64,000 nucleotides of DNA, taken from assembly GCA_002344785.1 (NCBI GenBank), contig DDUL01000006.1, positions 2,534-66,533 on the forward strand. The letters run 5' to 3'. The notes beneath the pieces are model-generated. The model saw only the letters and a program-made list of their open reading frames with translations. It made no database searches and had not been told where the DNA came from. A program made the translations under genes and the position numbers. This DNA is from Bdellovibrionaceae bacterium UBA2339. GTDB lineage: Bacteria > Bdellovibrionota > Bdellovibrionia > Bdellovibrionales > JAMPXM01. This document shows positions 44,363 through 54,798 of the stretch, piece after piece; the first letter of the stretch is position 1; each line of letters starts with the position of its first letter.

Positions 44363-44869
44363 TCAGATTCGCGATCGCGGCGAACAAACCGAGCGGATAT
44401 CCTGCCATGCTTGTTTTTTAAGCTGCGGACTTTGATGAAGTTCAGCCAAAGAAGGCAAAAGCTTAAGCTGATAACCCAGCTTTGCCGCATTTGCTGAAGC
44501 CTGCGCTGTCGCGCCAAAGCCCAGCACCCAATCCCCTGAGTGGACCTGCGGCGCTTCGCCCGGCTTCGGCCACCACTGTAGCTGAGGTGAAGCCTCGATT
44601 CCCGTCCACAGCTGCGCGATCGCCTGCTCCAACTTTTCAGCCATCTCGCGAAGCTTGAGAAGATTCGGCCCTGACTTTTCAAGATCACCACTGAAGTCCC
44701 AAAGCCAAATCCGCGCGCGCGGCGCTTGCCCAGGTCCAACAGCGAAAGTCGCATCCGCACTCGGTCCGGATTCCTGACCCGCAGCTAAGACTTCCGTCGA
44801 GAGACGCTCAAGTCCCAGCACTCTCTCCAAATAGTTTTGCAGATCGCTTCGCAGCTCATGAAGTCGCAT
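44363..44869 (-). CDS. hypothetical protein
   Basis: 168-aa ORF with no signal peptide and no recognised motif. Called on ORF length and on the absence of a better alternative on the other strand. Confidence 0.4.
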   Translation of the reverse strand: MRLHELRSDLQNYLERVLGLERLSTEVLAAGQESGPSADATFAVGPGQAPRARIWLWDFSGDLEKSGPNLLKLREMAEKLEQAIAQLWTGIEASPQLQWWPKPGEAPQVHSGDWVLGFGATAQASANAAKLGYQLKLLPSLAELHQSPQLKKQAWQDIRSVCSPRSRI

Positions 44870-45055
44870 GCCGCTTGTCTTAACGAGCCCTCACTCACGC
44901 GGCAAATTTTTCCTCTCGAGTTCAAGACCCAGTGCGCCGAAAGAGTGATTGTGCACATCGGCGAAAGCCTCCGAAGGACTCGGTCAGCTTCAGCCCTAGC
45001 GCACGAACGAGCGGCCAACGCTCAGGTCGAACTTGAACAGCCAGCAGGAGGACAC

Positions 45056-45322
45056 ATGGCCAACGACAACATCATCCGACGCGCACCCGATACACCCACA
45101 CCCCAATTAGAAACTCAAATTGCGCCAAGCGATTCTCCCTTCAGCCGTCGCGAAGAATTTCTCCGCGATCAGCTGCAATGCTGTCTCTGCGGCGAACACC
45201 TCGCCTTCACTCACAAAGTCGAATTGAGCGAGGACGCTTCACCCATCATGATCATGCGCGAAGAGGCTCACTGTCCAACTTGTCGCATCCCGCTTCGGCG
45301 CGAGCGCCACGCGATTCAGTAA
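45056..45322 (+). CDS. small zinc-ribbon-like protein
   Basis: ATG 45056 follows AGGAGGA. 88 aa with two Cys pairs (CCLCGEHL ... HCPTCRIPL). The longer ORF-track start (44837) is rejected. Confidence 0.5.
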   Translation: MANDNIIRRAPDTPTPQLETQIAPSDSPFSRREEFLRDQLQCCLCGEHLAFTHKVELSEDASPIMIMREEAHCPTCRIPLRRERHAIQ

Positions 45323-45364
45323 GACAAGCACGACTTCAACTTGCGACGACAACAGGCTTCAAAC

Positions 45365-46051
45365 ATGGTGAAATTCATTTCCAGCTTAGCACTCGCCATC
45401 TTCCTTCTCGGAAGCTCTCTGTCTTGCAGCAAAGGCTTCAAGGCGGACGACACCTGCTCGCCGCGCGTGGCACAAGGCGAAGATCAAATGGATGATCAAA
45501 AGTGGGCCGAGGCCGAAGCGACTTTACTTCAGGCACTCGATCACTGCCGCAAGGTTCGCCAAGGCGGCACTTATCCGTCGATGACTCTGGCCACGCTCTA
45601 CTTTCGCCAGCGCCGCTACGCCGACGCCGTTCCTCACTTCGAGGCCGCCATTCAATTGGATCCACAACTCGCCTTGGCGCATGTGAATCTTTCGGCCAGC
45701 TTGCTCGAGGCCAAGCGCTACGATGAGTGCATTCGCTCCGCGCAACGCGGCCTTAAAATTCTCCAGCATCAGCCCGGCGCCGAGGCCAGCAAAGGCAAAC
45801 TCAACTTCAACATTGGCCTCGCCATCTATGATAAATTTGCTGATCAACAGCCCCGACGTGTGCGCCAAGCTGAGCCCTACTTGAAAGAAGCTTCGCGATT
45901 GCTGCCGGACTTTGGCGGCGCCGATTTTCTATTGGGCACGATTGCCGAGGTCATTCACGAAGACGCGGATCTCGCTCGCTCGCACTTCAGCAAAGCTTGC
46001 GATCGTGGCGACAAAAGCGCGTGCACAGCAAGCCGCCGCCCCACCAACTAA
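45365..46051 (+). CDS. TPR-repeat lipoprotein
   Basis: ATG 45365. Signal plus lipobox MVKFISSLALAIFLLGSSLS|C. TPR-like helical pairs (AEATLLQALDHC..., YADAVPHFEAAIQLDPQLALAHVNLSASLLEAKRYDECIRSAQRGL). The stop overlaps the cyclase stop convergently. Confidence 0.7.
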   Translation: MVKFISSLALAIFLLGSSLSCSKGFKADDTCSPRVAQGEDQMDDQKWAEAEATLLQALDHCRKVRQGGTYPSMTLATLYFRQRRYADAVPHFEAAIQLDPQLALAHVNLSASLLEAKRYDECIRSAQRGLKILQHQPGAEASKGKLNFNIGLAIYDKFADQQPRRVRQAEPYLKEASRLLPDFGGADFLLGTIAEVIHEDADLARSHFSKACDRGDKSACTASRRPTN

Positions 46052-48795
46052 ACCTGTGTGGACAGTTTCTCCCCCAACAAGCGTCGGCAAGGACCATCTT
46101 GGGGATGCCGCTTGGCAAACTCCATCAACAACTGTCGCGCCTCATCCTTCGCACCTTTTTCCGACGCCTGCAAAGCTCGCTCAAAGAGCTTGAGATCCTC
46201 ATCCGTGAACGAATGTCGATCGCCATACTCGGGATGATCCAAAAGTTCATAGACCTGCACAGCGTCCTGCTTGCCTCGCAAAGTGACGTGCTCGATTCGC
46301 CGCACTCGGAACCGAGAATCAAGCCGCAGAAGTTGCGCGTAGGTGCCTTGGCTAATGAGAACTCGCGCACCGTACTCTTTGGTGAGATCTTGAATGCGAG
46401 CTGCAGTGTTCACGCCGTCACCCATGATGGTGTAATTTCGAAGTCGCTCCGAGCCGACGTTCCCCACGGCCATGTCACCGGAATGCAAGCCAATTCCGAT
46501 CTCAAGACTCGGCAGACCTTCTCTCACAAATTTCTCGTTCACTCCGCGCAGCCGACTCAAAGACTCCAGCGCACACCGGGCCGCTCTCACCGCGTGATCG
46601 TCTTGCCGACCTGGCGCACCAAAGAACGCCATGATGCCATCGCCGAGAAATTTATCTAAAGTTCCGCCGTTGGTGAAAATCACTTCCGTCATCGGCTCAA
46701 AGTAAGAGTTCAACATCTCAACCAGTCTGGCGGGATCCAAATGTTCCGACAGGCTGGTGAACTGCCGAATGTCAGAGAAAAACGCCGTCAGCTCGCGCTT
46801 TTCTCCGCCCAATTCCACTTGCCGTCCCTCACTCGTCAATAGCTCCACAACACTTGGCGCCACGTAGCGCGAGAAGGTGGCGCGAATCGTTTTCGTTCGG
46901 GCCGATTCAATTGCAGTTTTGAATAACAACAGGGCAAAGGCACTCATCCCGATTTGCAGCATCACCGGCAGCAAAGTGGTCTCAGCATGCATGTGGCGGA
47001 ACAGCCAAGCGACATCAATCACCCAAAGAGCGCCAACCAAAAACGTCGAAACCCCGAGAAGCACAAAGCCCCCCGACTTCCACGCCGTCCAAGTCAAAAG
47101 CAAACCAATCAGCAAACTCGCCGAGAGCAGAATCCATGCCTCGGTCTTCAAGGATCGCAATCCGTCGCCGCTCAAAAGATTATCGAGCGCGTGCGCATGA
47201 ATCTCGACCCCAGGAAAATCTTTGAGAAAGGGAGTCGGGCGCAAATCGTAATTGCCAATGGCGGTGACGCCCAAAATGACGATCGCATCTTCAAGGAGTG
47301 CGCGCTGATCTTCGCCAACTGCATCTGTCGAACCCACTCGATGTACGGTCACCGACTTACGCTCTCGCAAAAGATCCGAGGCCTGCAGATGCGGAAACGA
47401 ATAGCGAGAGCCGCGCCAATTCAGACGCAAGCTACCCTGCACATCCGTATCCATAGGTTCGCCTCGCTCAAAGCCCTCGTCCGCCCGCGCCACCTTCACT
47501 TGACCAATTCCGCGCACACGATCTTGGCGCTGTTGAAACTCCACGCGCCATTGGAGGTCGCGCAACAAACTAAAGACCTTCGAGGCCAAAGGCAAAACGC
47601 CTTGGTCACCAATGAGGAAGAACAAAGGGTAGCGTCGGCACTGGCCGTCTTGATCCAACTCAAGATTGAACATGGCGTGATGCCGGGCCACCTCAGCGAT
47701 CCGAGTCACATTGGGCACGAGTTCGGAATACACGGGATAGAGCAGCTCTCCGGAAAGCTCTTTGAACTTTTCGATACTTTCACGCGCCGGAAGCGACTGC
47801 AGCAGTTGATGCTCCGGCGTCTTCTCCCGCCCGACCAAGACCGACCAATCCTTCAACCAGACGTTTTCAAAATACGGGTCAGCTAAGCCCAGCTCGACAC
47901 TCTCCGCATCCGGTGCCCGCAAGAAGCGTCGGCAGTATTCGGCCCAAGTTCTTCGTCGCCGATCGATGCTCTCCGAGCGACCTTGGTCACGAAAGATATC
48001 TTGGAAGTAACGATCAAAATAGACGCGGTATTCGATGCTCTGCCAAAGCTGCACGCTCAAATGATCTAAATCCGCCATCATCAATGCCGCGGCCGGATCC
48101 GCCGAGGTGGCGGCGACGAAGCAAGGAATCTTGTAGGCCGGTTCATTTTGCGCGCCCAAGAATGTATTGCCGAGCACGATTTTGTCTTTGTGCTTTTCGA
48201 TCACCCGTCGCAGTTGTTCGTCGCCATCGAGGCGTTGCAATTCTTCCGGCGTGAGTTTCAATCGCTCAGGACCCACCACGGATTTCAGACGTTCAACCGG
48301 ATTGTGCTCCTCTTCGCTGAAGGTCATGTCCAGGGCGATGATCTTTGGATTGTAAAACGCAATTCGTTCGATGAGCTCAGCCACCATGGCACGCGGCCAA
48401 GGCCAACGTCCTTGATCGCGTACCGACTCATCATCGATCGCGACAATGCGAATCTTGTGTCGGTCATCGGTTGGAGCGCGAAATTCCTTGCGATAAATGT
48501 AGGCCCAATCCTCAAGTTGTCTGAGCCAAGCTCGGCGCGGATGCCCCGAATCTTCTTGCAGACTCCACCCCAATCCGAGGCAGCTGATCAGGGTCAAAAA
48601 CAAACCCACGCTCAGAATCGTCCACCGTTCCGTCAGCTGATTGAGTTTTGATCTTGAGTCCGTCCGCGAAGAGCGCGAGGTGACGCCAGAACGGCCAGAA
48701 CCAGATCCACCAAGCGCGCCTTGCTGGAGCCTTGAGAAGGCACCGATCACTTGCTGACCGAGTTTCCCGAACCTCGACAAGCCAATCCCCCTCAA
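46048..48795 (-). CDS. CHASE2-sensor class III adenylate/guanylate cyclase with C-terminal helical (TPR-like) tail
   Basis: 915-codon ORF. The periplasmic CHASE2-like region (IVAIDDESVRDQGRWPWPR...) is followed by 3 TM helices. The cyclase core has LTAFFSDIRQFTSLSE, GDGIMAFFGAP and IGLHSGDMAVGNVGS...YTIMGDGVNTAARI. The TTG start is uncertain. Confidence 0.85.
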   Translation of the reverse strand: MRGIGLSRFGKLGQQVIGAFSRLQQGALGGSGSGRSGVTSRSSRTDSRSKLNQLTERWTILSVGLFLTLISCLGLGWSLQEDSGHPRRAWLRQLEDWAYIYRKEFRAPTDDRHKIRIVAIDDESVRDQGRWPWPRAMVAELIERIAFYNPKIIALDMTFSEEEHNPVERLKSVVGPERLKLTPEELQRLDGDEQLRRVIEKHKDKIVLGNTFLGAQNEPAYKIPCFVAATSADPAAALMMADLDHLSVQLWQSIEYRVYFDRYFQDIFRDQGRSESIDRRRRTWAEYCRRFLRAPDAESVELGLADPYFENVWLKDWSVLVGREKTPEHQLLQSLPARESIEKFKELSGELLYPVYSELVPNVTRIAEVARHHAMFNLELDQDGQCRRYPLFFLIGDQGVLPLASKVFSLLRDLQWRVEFQQRQDRVRGIGQVKVARADEGFERGEPMDTDVQGSLRLNWRGSRYSFPHLQASDLLRERKSVTVHRVGSTDAVGEDQRALLEDAIVILGVTAIGNYDLRPTPFLKDFPGVEIHAHALDNLLSGDGLRSLKTEAWILLSASLLIGLLLTWTAWKSGGFVLLGVSTFLVGALWVIDVAWLFRHMHAETTLLPVMLQIGMSAFALLLFKTAIESARTKTIRATFSRYVAPSVVELLTSEGRQVELGGEKRELTAFFSDIRQFTSLSEHLDPARLVEMLNSYFEPMTEVIFTNGGTLDKFLGDGIMAFFGAPGRQDDHAVRAARCALESLSRLRGVNEKFVREGLPSLEIGIGLHSGDMAVGNVGSERLRNYTIMGDGVNTAARIQDLTKEYGARVLISQGTYAQLLRLDSRFRVRRIEHVTLRGKQDAVQVYELLDHPEYGDRHSFTDEDLKLFERALQASEKGAKDEARQLLMEFAKRHPQDGPCRRLLGEKLSTQV

Positions 48796-48887
48796 GTCAC
48801 GCTTCGCCTCTGAAGCGTTCGTAGAATCTCATTGCAACCTGTTCATCCCCGCAGCTCAAGACGCAGCGCTTTGGTCATCCGCCAAGC

Positions 48888-50840
48888 TCAGACTTCATCT
48901 TCAGAGTCGGGACCCGTTACTTCATCTGAAGCCGAATCAAGATGTCGGGCGTCCCGCAAAAACTCCAGCAGCGCCTCAGCCGATGGACGATTGAATCCAG
49001 GCAGCTCCAAGAGCTCTTCGACATCCGCCGCCCGAATTTCATCAATCGACTTGTATCGAGTCAGCAGCGACTTCTTGCGCTGTGGACCGAGGCGCGGAAC
49101 CGAGTCCAGCTCGCTTTCGATGGAGCTGGCCTCGCGAAGTTTCCGATGAAACTGAATGGCGAAACGATGAGCCTCGTCGCGAAGGCTCACCAAGATTCGA
49201 AAAGCTTCACTCCCCGGTCGAAACACAACGGGATTCTGTCGGCCAGGCAAGAAGAAACGTTCCTCGGTGGCTTTCACTTCGCTGGACTGGAAATCACCTT
49301 GAGTTCGCGCTTTGGCCAAACCGACCACGGGCAGATCGCTACGGCGAAGCTCTTTGAGCACCTCGGTCGCCACCGCAAGCTGCCCTTTGCCGCCATCGAC
49401 GACGATGAGCTGTGGGTCCTCCCACTCCACGTGCGCCAAGCGACGAGAGAGCACCTCGCGCATAGCTGCAAAGTCGTTGACGCCATCGACGGAACGAAGC
49501 TTGTAACGCCGATATTGATCCTTATTGGGGACTCCATCTTCAAACACAACCTGGCTTGCAACGGTTTCGGCGCCTTGAAAATTGGAAATATCAAAGCACT
49601 CAATGCGCGTCGGTCGATGCGGCAACTTCAATCGCTCTTGGATCTCATCCAATGCGGCCTCTTTATCGCGCGATTTGGACACATGTTCGGCAAAATGCTT
49701 CTGCGCGTTTTGCTGGGCCAATTCCAGCAAGCGATGCCCGACCGGCGTCGTCGGAAACTTCACTCTGACCTTCTGCCCGCCTGACCGCTCGGCTAACAAA
49801 TCTTCGAGTAAGGCCATGAGATCCCGACCCAAGTCGACCGGCAGCCAAACTTCGTCGGGAATGAATTCTTCATCGTAATATTGATTGATGAAACTCACCA
49901 GCCACTCGCGCGGATCCTCATCGGATGACTGCGGATCCAAGAGCGGCAAAAAGTGACCTCGGGTTCCGATCACTCGTCCCGCCCGAATGTGCAAAGTCTC
50001 AATCAAGGTGCCGCGCTCATCACCAGCAAAGCCCAACACATCCTGATCCAATTCGCTGGTGTCGTTGACCACCGACTGACGCTCCAAGATCTTTTCAATC
50101 GCTTGGATCGAATCTCGCAAGCGGGCCGCCGCCTCATAGCGCTCTTCGGTGCTCGCAAGCTTCATGCGACGGCTCAACTCCTTGAGTGTTTGCTTGTCGC
50201 GTCCGCGCAAAAACTGCACGGCTTGTTTCACGTCCTCGCCATACTCAGTCGGCGAGACAAGATCCACGCAGGGCGCCGTGCAGCGACCAATCTGATGCGT
50301 GAGACAAGGTCGACGTCTCGACGCCATGAAGGCGTCCTTACAATCGCGAAGCTGAAAAGTGTGATTTAAGAATCGAATCGTTCCCCACACGGCTTGCCCA
50401 CTCAGATACGGGCCAAAATAGAGCGAGCCGTCCTTCTTCACCTTACGAGCCAGATACAGACGCGGGAACTGATCTGTCATCGACACACGTATGTAAGGAT
50501 ACGACTTATCGTCCTTTAGCCGAATATTGTACCGCGGCCGATACTTCTTAATGAGCGACGCTTCCAGCAAAAAGGCTTCGACCTCCGTCTTCGTCAAGAT
50601 GGTGTCGATGCTGTGAATCTGCCGAACTAACAGCTTGGTCTTCGGCGAGTGATCTTGTGAATCGGAAAAATAGCTGCGCACCCGAGCGCGCAAATTCTTG
50701 GCCTTGCCGACATAGATGATTTTCTCAGCCTCACTCTTCATCAAGTAGACGCCAGGCAGCTGAGGGAACTCCTTGATGAGTTCGCGAAGATCCTCGCTGC
50801 GTGGGTTTTTCGATTTAGAGTTCGGCTTCGAGTCTGTCAT
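48888..50840 (-). CDS. uvrC: excinuclease ABC subunit C
   Basis: 650 aa. GIY-YIG (PGVYLMKSEAEKIIYVGKAKNLRARVRSYF), a UVR domain, an Endo-V-like region (IECFDISNFQG) and a C-terminal (HhH)2. The ATG makes an ATGA overlap with the upstream gene. Confidence 0.95.
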   Translation of the reverse strand: MTDSKPNSKSKNPRSEDLRELIKEFPQLPGVYLMKSEAEKIIYVGKAKNLRARVRSYFSDSQDHSPKTKLLVRQIHSIDTILTKTEVEAFLLEASLIKKYRPRYNIRLKDDKSYPYIRVSMTDQFPRLYLARKVKKDGSLYFGPYLSGQAVWGTIRFLNHTFQLRDCKDAFMASRRRPCLTHQIGRCTAPCVDLVSPTEYGEDVKQAVQFLRGRDKQTLKELSRRMKLASTEERYEAAARLRDSIQAIEKILERQSVVNDTSELDQDVLGFAGDERGTLIETLHIRAGRVIGTRGHFLPLLDPQSSDEDPREWLVSFINQYYDEEFIPDEVWLPVDLGRDLMALLEDLLAERSGGQKVRVKFPTTPVGHRLLELAQQNAQKHFAEHVSKSRDKEAALDEIQERLKLPHRPTRIECFDISNFQGAETVASQVVFEDGVPNKDQYRRYKLRSVDGVNDFAAMREVLSRRLAHVEWEDPQLIVVDGGKGQLAVATEVLKELRRSDLPVVGLAKARTQGDFQSSEVKATEERFFLPGRQNPVVFRPGSEAFRILVSLRDEAHRFAIQFHRKLREASSIESELDSVPRLGPQRKKSLLTRYKSIDEIRAADVEELLELPGFNRPSAEALLEFLRDARHLDSASDEVTGPDSEDEV

Positions 50841-52600
50841 CGCGCCTGACCTTCGCTTGAGGCTTCAGCCCACAGATCGGACAAAGTTTGAGCCACGAGC
50901 TGATGACCAACTTCACTCAAATGCAAGTCCCAAGGCCGCTTCTGATCCCAGTAGTAAGCATCAAGACGGCGCCCCGTTTTCGCGCGATCACGTCGCCAAG
51001 CTTCATCCAGATTGACAAAGCGAAGTGGCGGATCCGCATCATGCGCCGCTCTCATCAAGGCTTCATTGAGATCCTTTAAGCGCACCGAGAGCGAGACTTC
51101 CGGTCGAACGCGCGACGGCGGGTAGCCCATGAGGATCAGTTCTGTGTGATTCGCCACGGACGAAGCCCGCATCCACTCCCAAAGCTTCAAGATCATCATT
51201 CGCGTCTTTGAACCGATGAGCTGATTGTCCGCCCTGATCCAAGTCGTTCTCAAGACGGCTTGGACGTCCCGGCTCTCTTGCCGAATTCGCTTGGACCATT
51301 CTTCCTCAAGGGCTGAGCGAAGCGGCCCGTGCATTTCGTGCATCAAACGATTGAGCAGCAAAGTTCCCTCAAATGAAGTGGGGTTCGCGCGCCGATGCAC
51401 AAACAACACATCTAGCTTCTCTCGCCAAGTCGATCTTCGCGCCGACACGTGCATCGCCAATCGGCCCCAAGCCGGCTCGCGCCGCCACACATTCTCAAGT
51501 TCGTCCGCCGAGATCTTCTCCCATGCGGGCCCCTCGTCCCAAGCCCGGGAAGGCAAAGTTCCGCGGAGCCAAAGCTGAATTGCCGGGTCATTGATCCCCG
51601 CTCGCTGAAGCGCCTGCAACCAAGGTCTCCACATGAGTGGCAAATTCGGCGGCTCACTTGATGACGATTCCGCGCCGAAGGCCTTCAACTCTTCGACGGC
51701 CGCTTGATCATTTTGAAGATCCGCAAACTGCAACATCGACCTCGCCATCGCCACAAGAGCCGGATCCCAAACTTGCCTGCCCGATGAATCACGAAGCAAA
51801 GCTTCGGCCGTCTCGCGATCCAATTTTGAACTTTGATCCAAGCTCGAAGTCGATCGACGTCGCAACAATGTCTCTTCCAGAATAGTAAATCCAAGCCATG
51901 CCCGCACTCGAGCCCGCGGGTCATCAATCCACTTCAAAGCACTCAGCCGCCCCTGCGTCTCGCTCAAAGCAACCGCCTCATGCTGATCCAAAGTTGACTG
52001 CGACAAAGACTGCGTCTCCGCATCTTTTGACGAAGCATGAACCCAACCCGCCTCCGCCGACACATCCTGCAAGTCATCCCGAGTTCGACGCCAATCAAAA
52101 ATCAAAATCTCCAGCATACGCGCGAGCCGAGAATATTCAGCAAGCCATGCCAATCCGCTGACCTCGGACTCAACATCCAACAATGAGTAAGTGTCATGCA
52201 GCCCCGTCCACAGCAAAACCTGTGTTGGCCGATGAAGTTCAATCAGGCTTGGCGCAATCTTGAGTTGTTGAGCTGTTGACCAACCTGGCCGGCCCTCATT
52301 CAACACGCGCACAGACTCAGCTCCCTTCAACCGACGGCGCAGGTCTTCTTCCAGTAAATAGGTGAAGCGTCTCTCCACCGGCACTTCCGCTCCCAAGGTG
52401 AGCGAATGACCGAGTGCCAGGACTCTGAGCCCCGAGGGGTCTAGCTTTGCAGCTGTTCCGGCCGCCAGCTGTTCCGGCCGCCAGCGATTCCTCTGTGCCA
52501 AAGCCCAAGACTGCGCAATGGCCTCTGCCACAAGCGGAAGACACAAACTCAAAAGCAGCCACAATCGCCAATTTCTTCGTAGGCTCAATCCGAATTTCAA
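50837..52600 (-). CDS. secreted SGNH/GDSL-like hydrolase-fold protein with a large helical insertion
   Basis: 587 aa with signal [24 protein letters not shown]-like blocks: [14 protein letters not shown] (GHS in place of GDS), [42 protein letters not shown]. Blocks III and V are separated by about 380 aa of helical sequence. The TTG start overlaps the uvrB stop (TTGA) and the stop overlaps the uvrC start (ATGA). Confidence 0.55.
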   Translation of the reverse strand: MKFGLSLRRNWRLWLLLSLCLPLVAEAIAQSWALAQRNRWRPEQLAAGTAAKLDPSGLRVLALGHSLTLGAEVPVERRFTYLLEEDLRRRLKGAESVRVLNEGRPGWSTAQQLKIAPSLIELHRPTQVLLWTGLHDTYSLLDVESEVSGLAWLAEYSRLARMLEILIFDWRRTRDDLQDVSAEAGWVHASSKDAETQSLSQSTLDQHEAVALSETQGRLSALKWIDDPRARVRAWLGFTILEETLLRRRSTSSLDQSSKLDRETAEALLRDSSGRQVWDPALVAMARSMLQFADLQNDQAAVEELKAFGAESSSSEPPNLPLMWRPWLQALQRAGINDPAIQLWLRGTLPSRAWDEGPAWEKISADELENVWRREPAWGRLAMHVSARRSTWREKLDVLFVHRRANPTSFEGTLLLNRLMHEMHGPLRSALEEEWSKRIRQESRDVQAVLRTTWIRADNQLIGSKTRMMILKLWEWMRASSVANHTELILMGYPPSRVRPEVSLSVRLKDLNEALMRAAHDADPPLRFVNLDEAWRRDRAKTGRRLDAYYWDQKRPWDLHLSEVGHQLVAQTLSDLWAEASSEGQAR

Positions 52601-54798
52601 GTCGGTCGCTCCGGCTTCTCTGAACCCTCACCGCGATCCGCTTGCGCCTCGGCCGCTTCGCCAAGACCCGAATCCAGCAGCGAAAGCTGCACCATCTGCA
52701 AGCGCTTCACTTCATCGCGAAGCTTTGCGGCCTCTTCAAACTCAAGGCTTTCCGCATGTGAGCGCATCTTTCTTCTAAGTCGCTGCACTTCTTTGTCGAT
52801 CTTTTTGGGATCAAGTCCTTGCTGCAAGGCTTGGTAAACAGCTTCAGGCGAACCGAGCTTGGAAATTCCGCCCGCACCGCCGCCCGCACCGCCACGGCCT
52901 CGCGCTTGCGGCGCCTGGACTGCATCTGGATTCCCATAGATCTCAATCAAAGATTCGCGAACTCGCTTTTTGATCGTCTCAGGCGTGATGCCATGCTCGC
53001 GATTGTACGCCTCTTGCTTCGCGCGCCGACGCGCGGTTTCGTCCATGGCTTTTTGCATCGAATCCGTCACGCGATCCGCGTATAGGATGACCTGGCCATT
53101 CGCATTTCGCGCCGCCCGCCCTATGGTCTGAATCAAAGATCTCTCACTTCGCAAGAAGCCTTCCTTGTCCGCATCGGTGATCGCCACCAGCGACACTTCC
53201 GGAATATCCAAGCCCTCGCGAAGCAAATTGATGCCAATCAACACATCGAATACGCCCAATCGCAGATCCCGAATGATCTCCGTCCGCTCCACCGTATCGA
53301 TATCAGAGTGAAGGTACTTCACTTTGATACCCAAGCCCTCATAGTACTCCGTCAAATCTTCCGCGCTTCGCTTGGTGAGCGTGGTGATCAGCGTACGCTC
53401 TTTGCGCGCAATTCGATCCCGCACCTCTTTGAGCAAATCATCGACCTGAAACTTAGCCGGCCTGACTTCAATACCCGGATCCAACAGCCCCGTGGGACGA
53501 ATGATCTGTTCGACGATCAAGCCCTCCGACTTTTTCATCTCGTATTCGCCAGGGGTAGCCGAAACATACACAACGCGATCCACGAGTTTTTCGAACTCCT
53601 GAAAATTCAAAGGCCGATTGTCGAGCGCGCTCGGCAAGCGGAAACCATGCTCGACGAGCGTCAACTTCCGCGCTCGATCGCCTCGGTACATGCCGCCAAT
53701 TTGCGGAATGGTGACATGCGACTCATCGACAAAACAAAGAAACTCAGCGGGAAAATACTCCAGCAATGTCGGCGGCGGCTCACCCGGCTGCCGCCCCGTC
53801 AAATGTCGGGAGTAGTTCTCAATGCCTTGGCAAAAGCCCAACTCTTCCATCATCTCGATATCGTAATAAGTCCTCTGTTCGAGCCGTTGCGCCTCCAGCA
53901 ACTTCATTTGCGAATTGAGTTCGACCAAACGTCCGCGAAGCTCGTCTTGAATCGTTTGAATCGCCGTCTTCGCCCGACCTTCACTGGTGACGTAATGCGA
54001 GCCAGGATAAATCGCGATCTGATCCATCTCCGCGAGCACCTCGCCTCGGAGCGGATCAATCCACGTCAACCGATCCACAAAATCGCCAAAGAACTCCACC
54101 CGAATTACGCGATCCTCTTCGTAAGGAGGATGCACATCGACCACATCGCCGCGCACGCGAAACTTCCCGCGATGAAAATCAATGTCATTGCGCGTGTACT
54201 GAATCCGCACAAGCTCACGCAAAAAGTGATCGCGCTTCATTTCCGCGCCGACCACAACCTGAATCATCATGCCTTCATAAGCTTCTGGAGATCCCAAACC
54301 ATAAATGCACGACACCGAGCTCACGATCAAAACATCGCGACGCTCGAGAAGCGAACGCGTGGCCGAGTGGCGCATGCGATCAATCTGCTCGTTGATCGCC
54401 GAGTCTTTCTCGATGAAGGTGTCGGTCGAGGGAATGTAAGCTTCAGGCTGATAATAATCGTAGTAACTGACGAAATACTCGACGGCGTTTTTCGGAAACA
54501 GCTCCTTGAACTCGGCATAAAGCTGCGCGGCGAGGGTCTTATTGTGTGCCAGCACAAGCGTCGGCATGTTCAGCTCCGCAATGACGTTCGCCATAGCGAA
54601 GGTCTTGCCGGTGCCGGTCGCACCCAACAGCACTTGATGTTTCACGCCACTACGCAAATGCGACAGCATTTCGGCAATGGCCCGCGGCTGATCGCCGGCC
54701 GGCTTCATTTCACTGACGAGCTCGAACTGACCGATTGGTTGCCGGCGCCGAGGATCCCTCGGCGTCGGAACCTTTGAGGCTACTTCGCCACTTCCCAT
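52597..54798 (-). CDS. uvrB: excinuclease ABC subunit B
   Basis: 733 aa. [17 protein letters not shown], Walker [14 protein letters not shown] box, beta-hairpin region, helicase motifs, and a C-terminal UVR domain ([14 protein letters not shown]). The annotated ATG overlaps the cysS 3' end by 19 nt. Confidence 0.95.
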   Translation of the reverse strand: MGSGEVASKVPTPRDPRRRQPIGQFELVSEMKPAGDQPRAIAEMLSHLRSGVKHQVLLGATGTGKTFAMANVIAELNMPTLVLAHNKTLAAQLYAEFKELFPKNAVEYFVSYYDYYQPEAYIPSTDTFIEKDSAINEQIDRMRHSATRSLLERRDVLIVSSVSCIYGLGSPEAYEGMMIQVVVGAEMKRDHFLRELVRIQYTRNDIDFHRGKFRVRGDVVDVHPPYEEDRVIRVEFFGDFVDRLTWIDPLRGEVLAEMDQIAIYPGSHYVTSEGRAKTAIQTIQDELRGRLVELNSQMKLLEAQRLEQRTYYDIEMMEELGFCQGIENYSRHLTGRQPGEPPPTLLEYFPAEFLCFVDESHVTIPQIGGMYRGDRARKLTLVEHGFRLPSALDNRPLNFQEFEKLVDRVVYVSATPGEYEMKKSEGLIVEQIIRPTGLLDPGIEVRPAKFQVDDLLKEVRDRIARKERTLITTLTKRSAEDLTEYYEGLGIKVKYLHSDIDTVERTEIIRDLRLGVFDVLIGINLLREGLDIPEVSLVAITDADKEGFLRSERSLIQTIGRAARNANGQVILYADRVTDSMQKAMDETARRRAKQEAYNREHGITPETIKKRVRESLIEIYGNPDAVQAPQARGRGGAGGGAGGISKLGSPEAVYQALQQGLDPKKIDKEVQRLRRKMRSHAESLEFEEAAKLRDEVKRLQMVQLSLLDSGLGEAAEAQADRGEGSEKPERPT

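Noticed and set aside
53308-54777. 489-aa plus-strand ORF, plus similar long antisense ORFs at 30047-31171, 46954-47886, 8863-9684, 6311-7096, 1585-2199 and 62364-62873
   Set aside because: Each lies antisense to a gene with unambiguous family motifs (uvrB, the pseudopilin-operon giant gene, the cyclase, nrnA, the 774-aa gene, mutM, recG). Their translations are Arg/His/Leu-rich with no motifs. This is the usual shadow-ORF artefact of GC-rich coding DNA.
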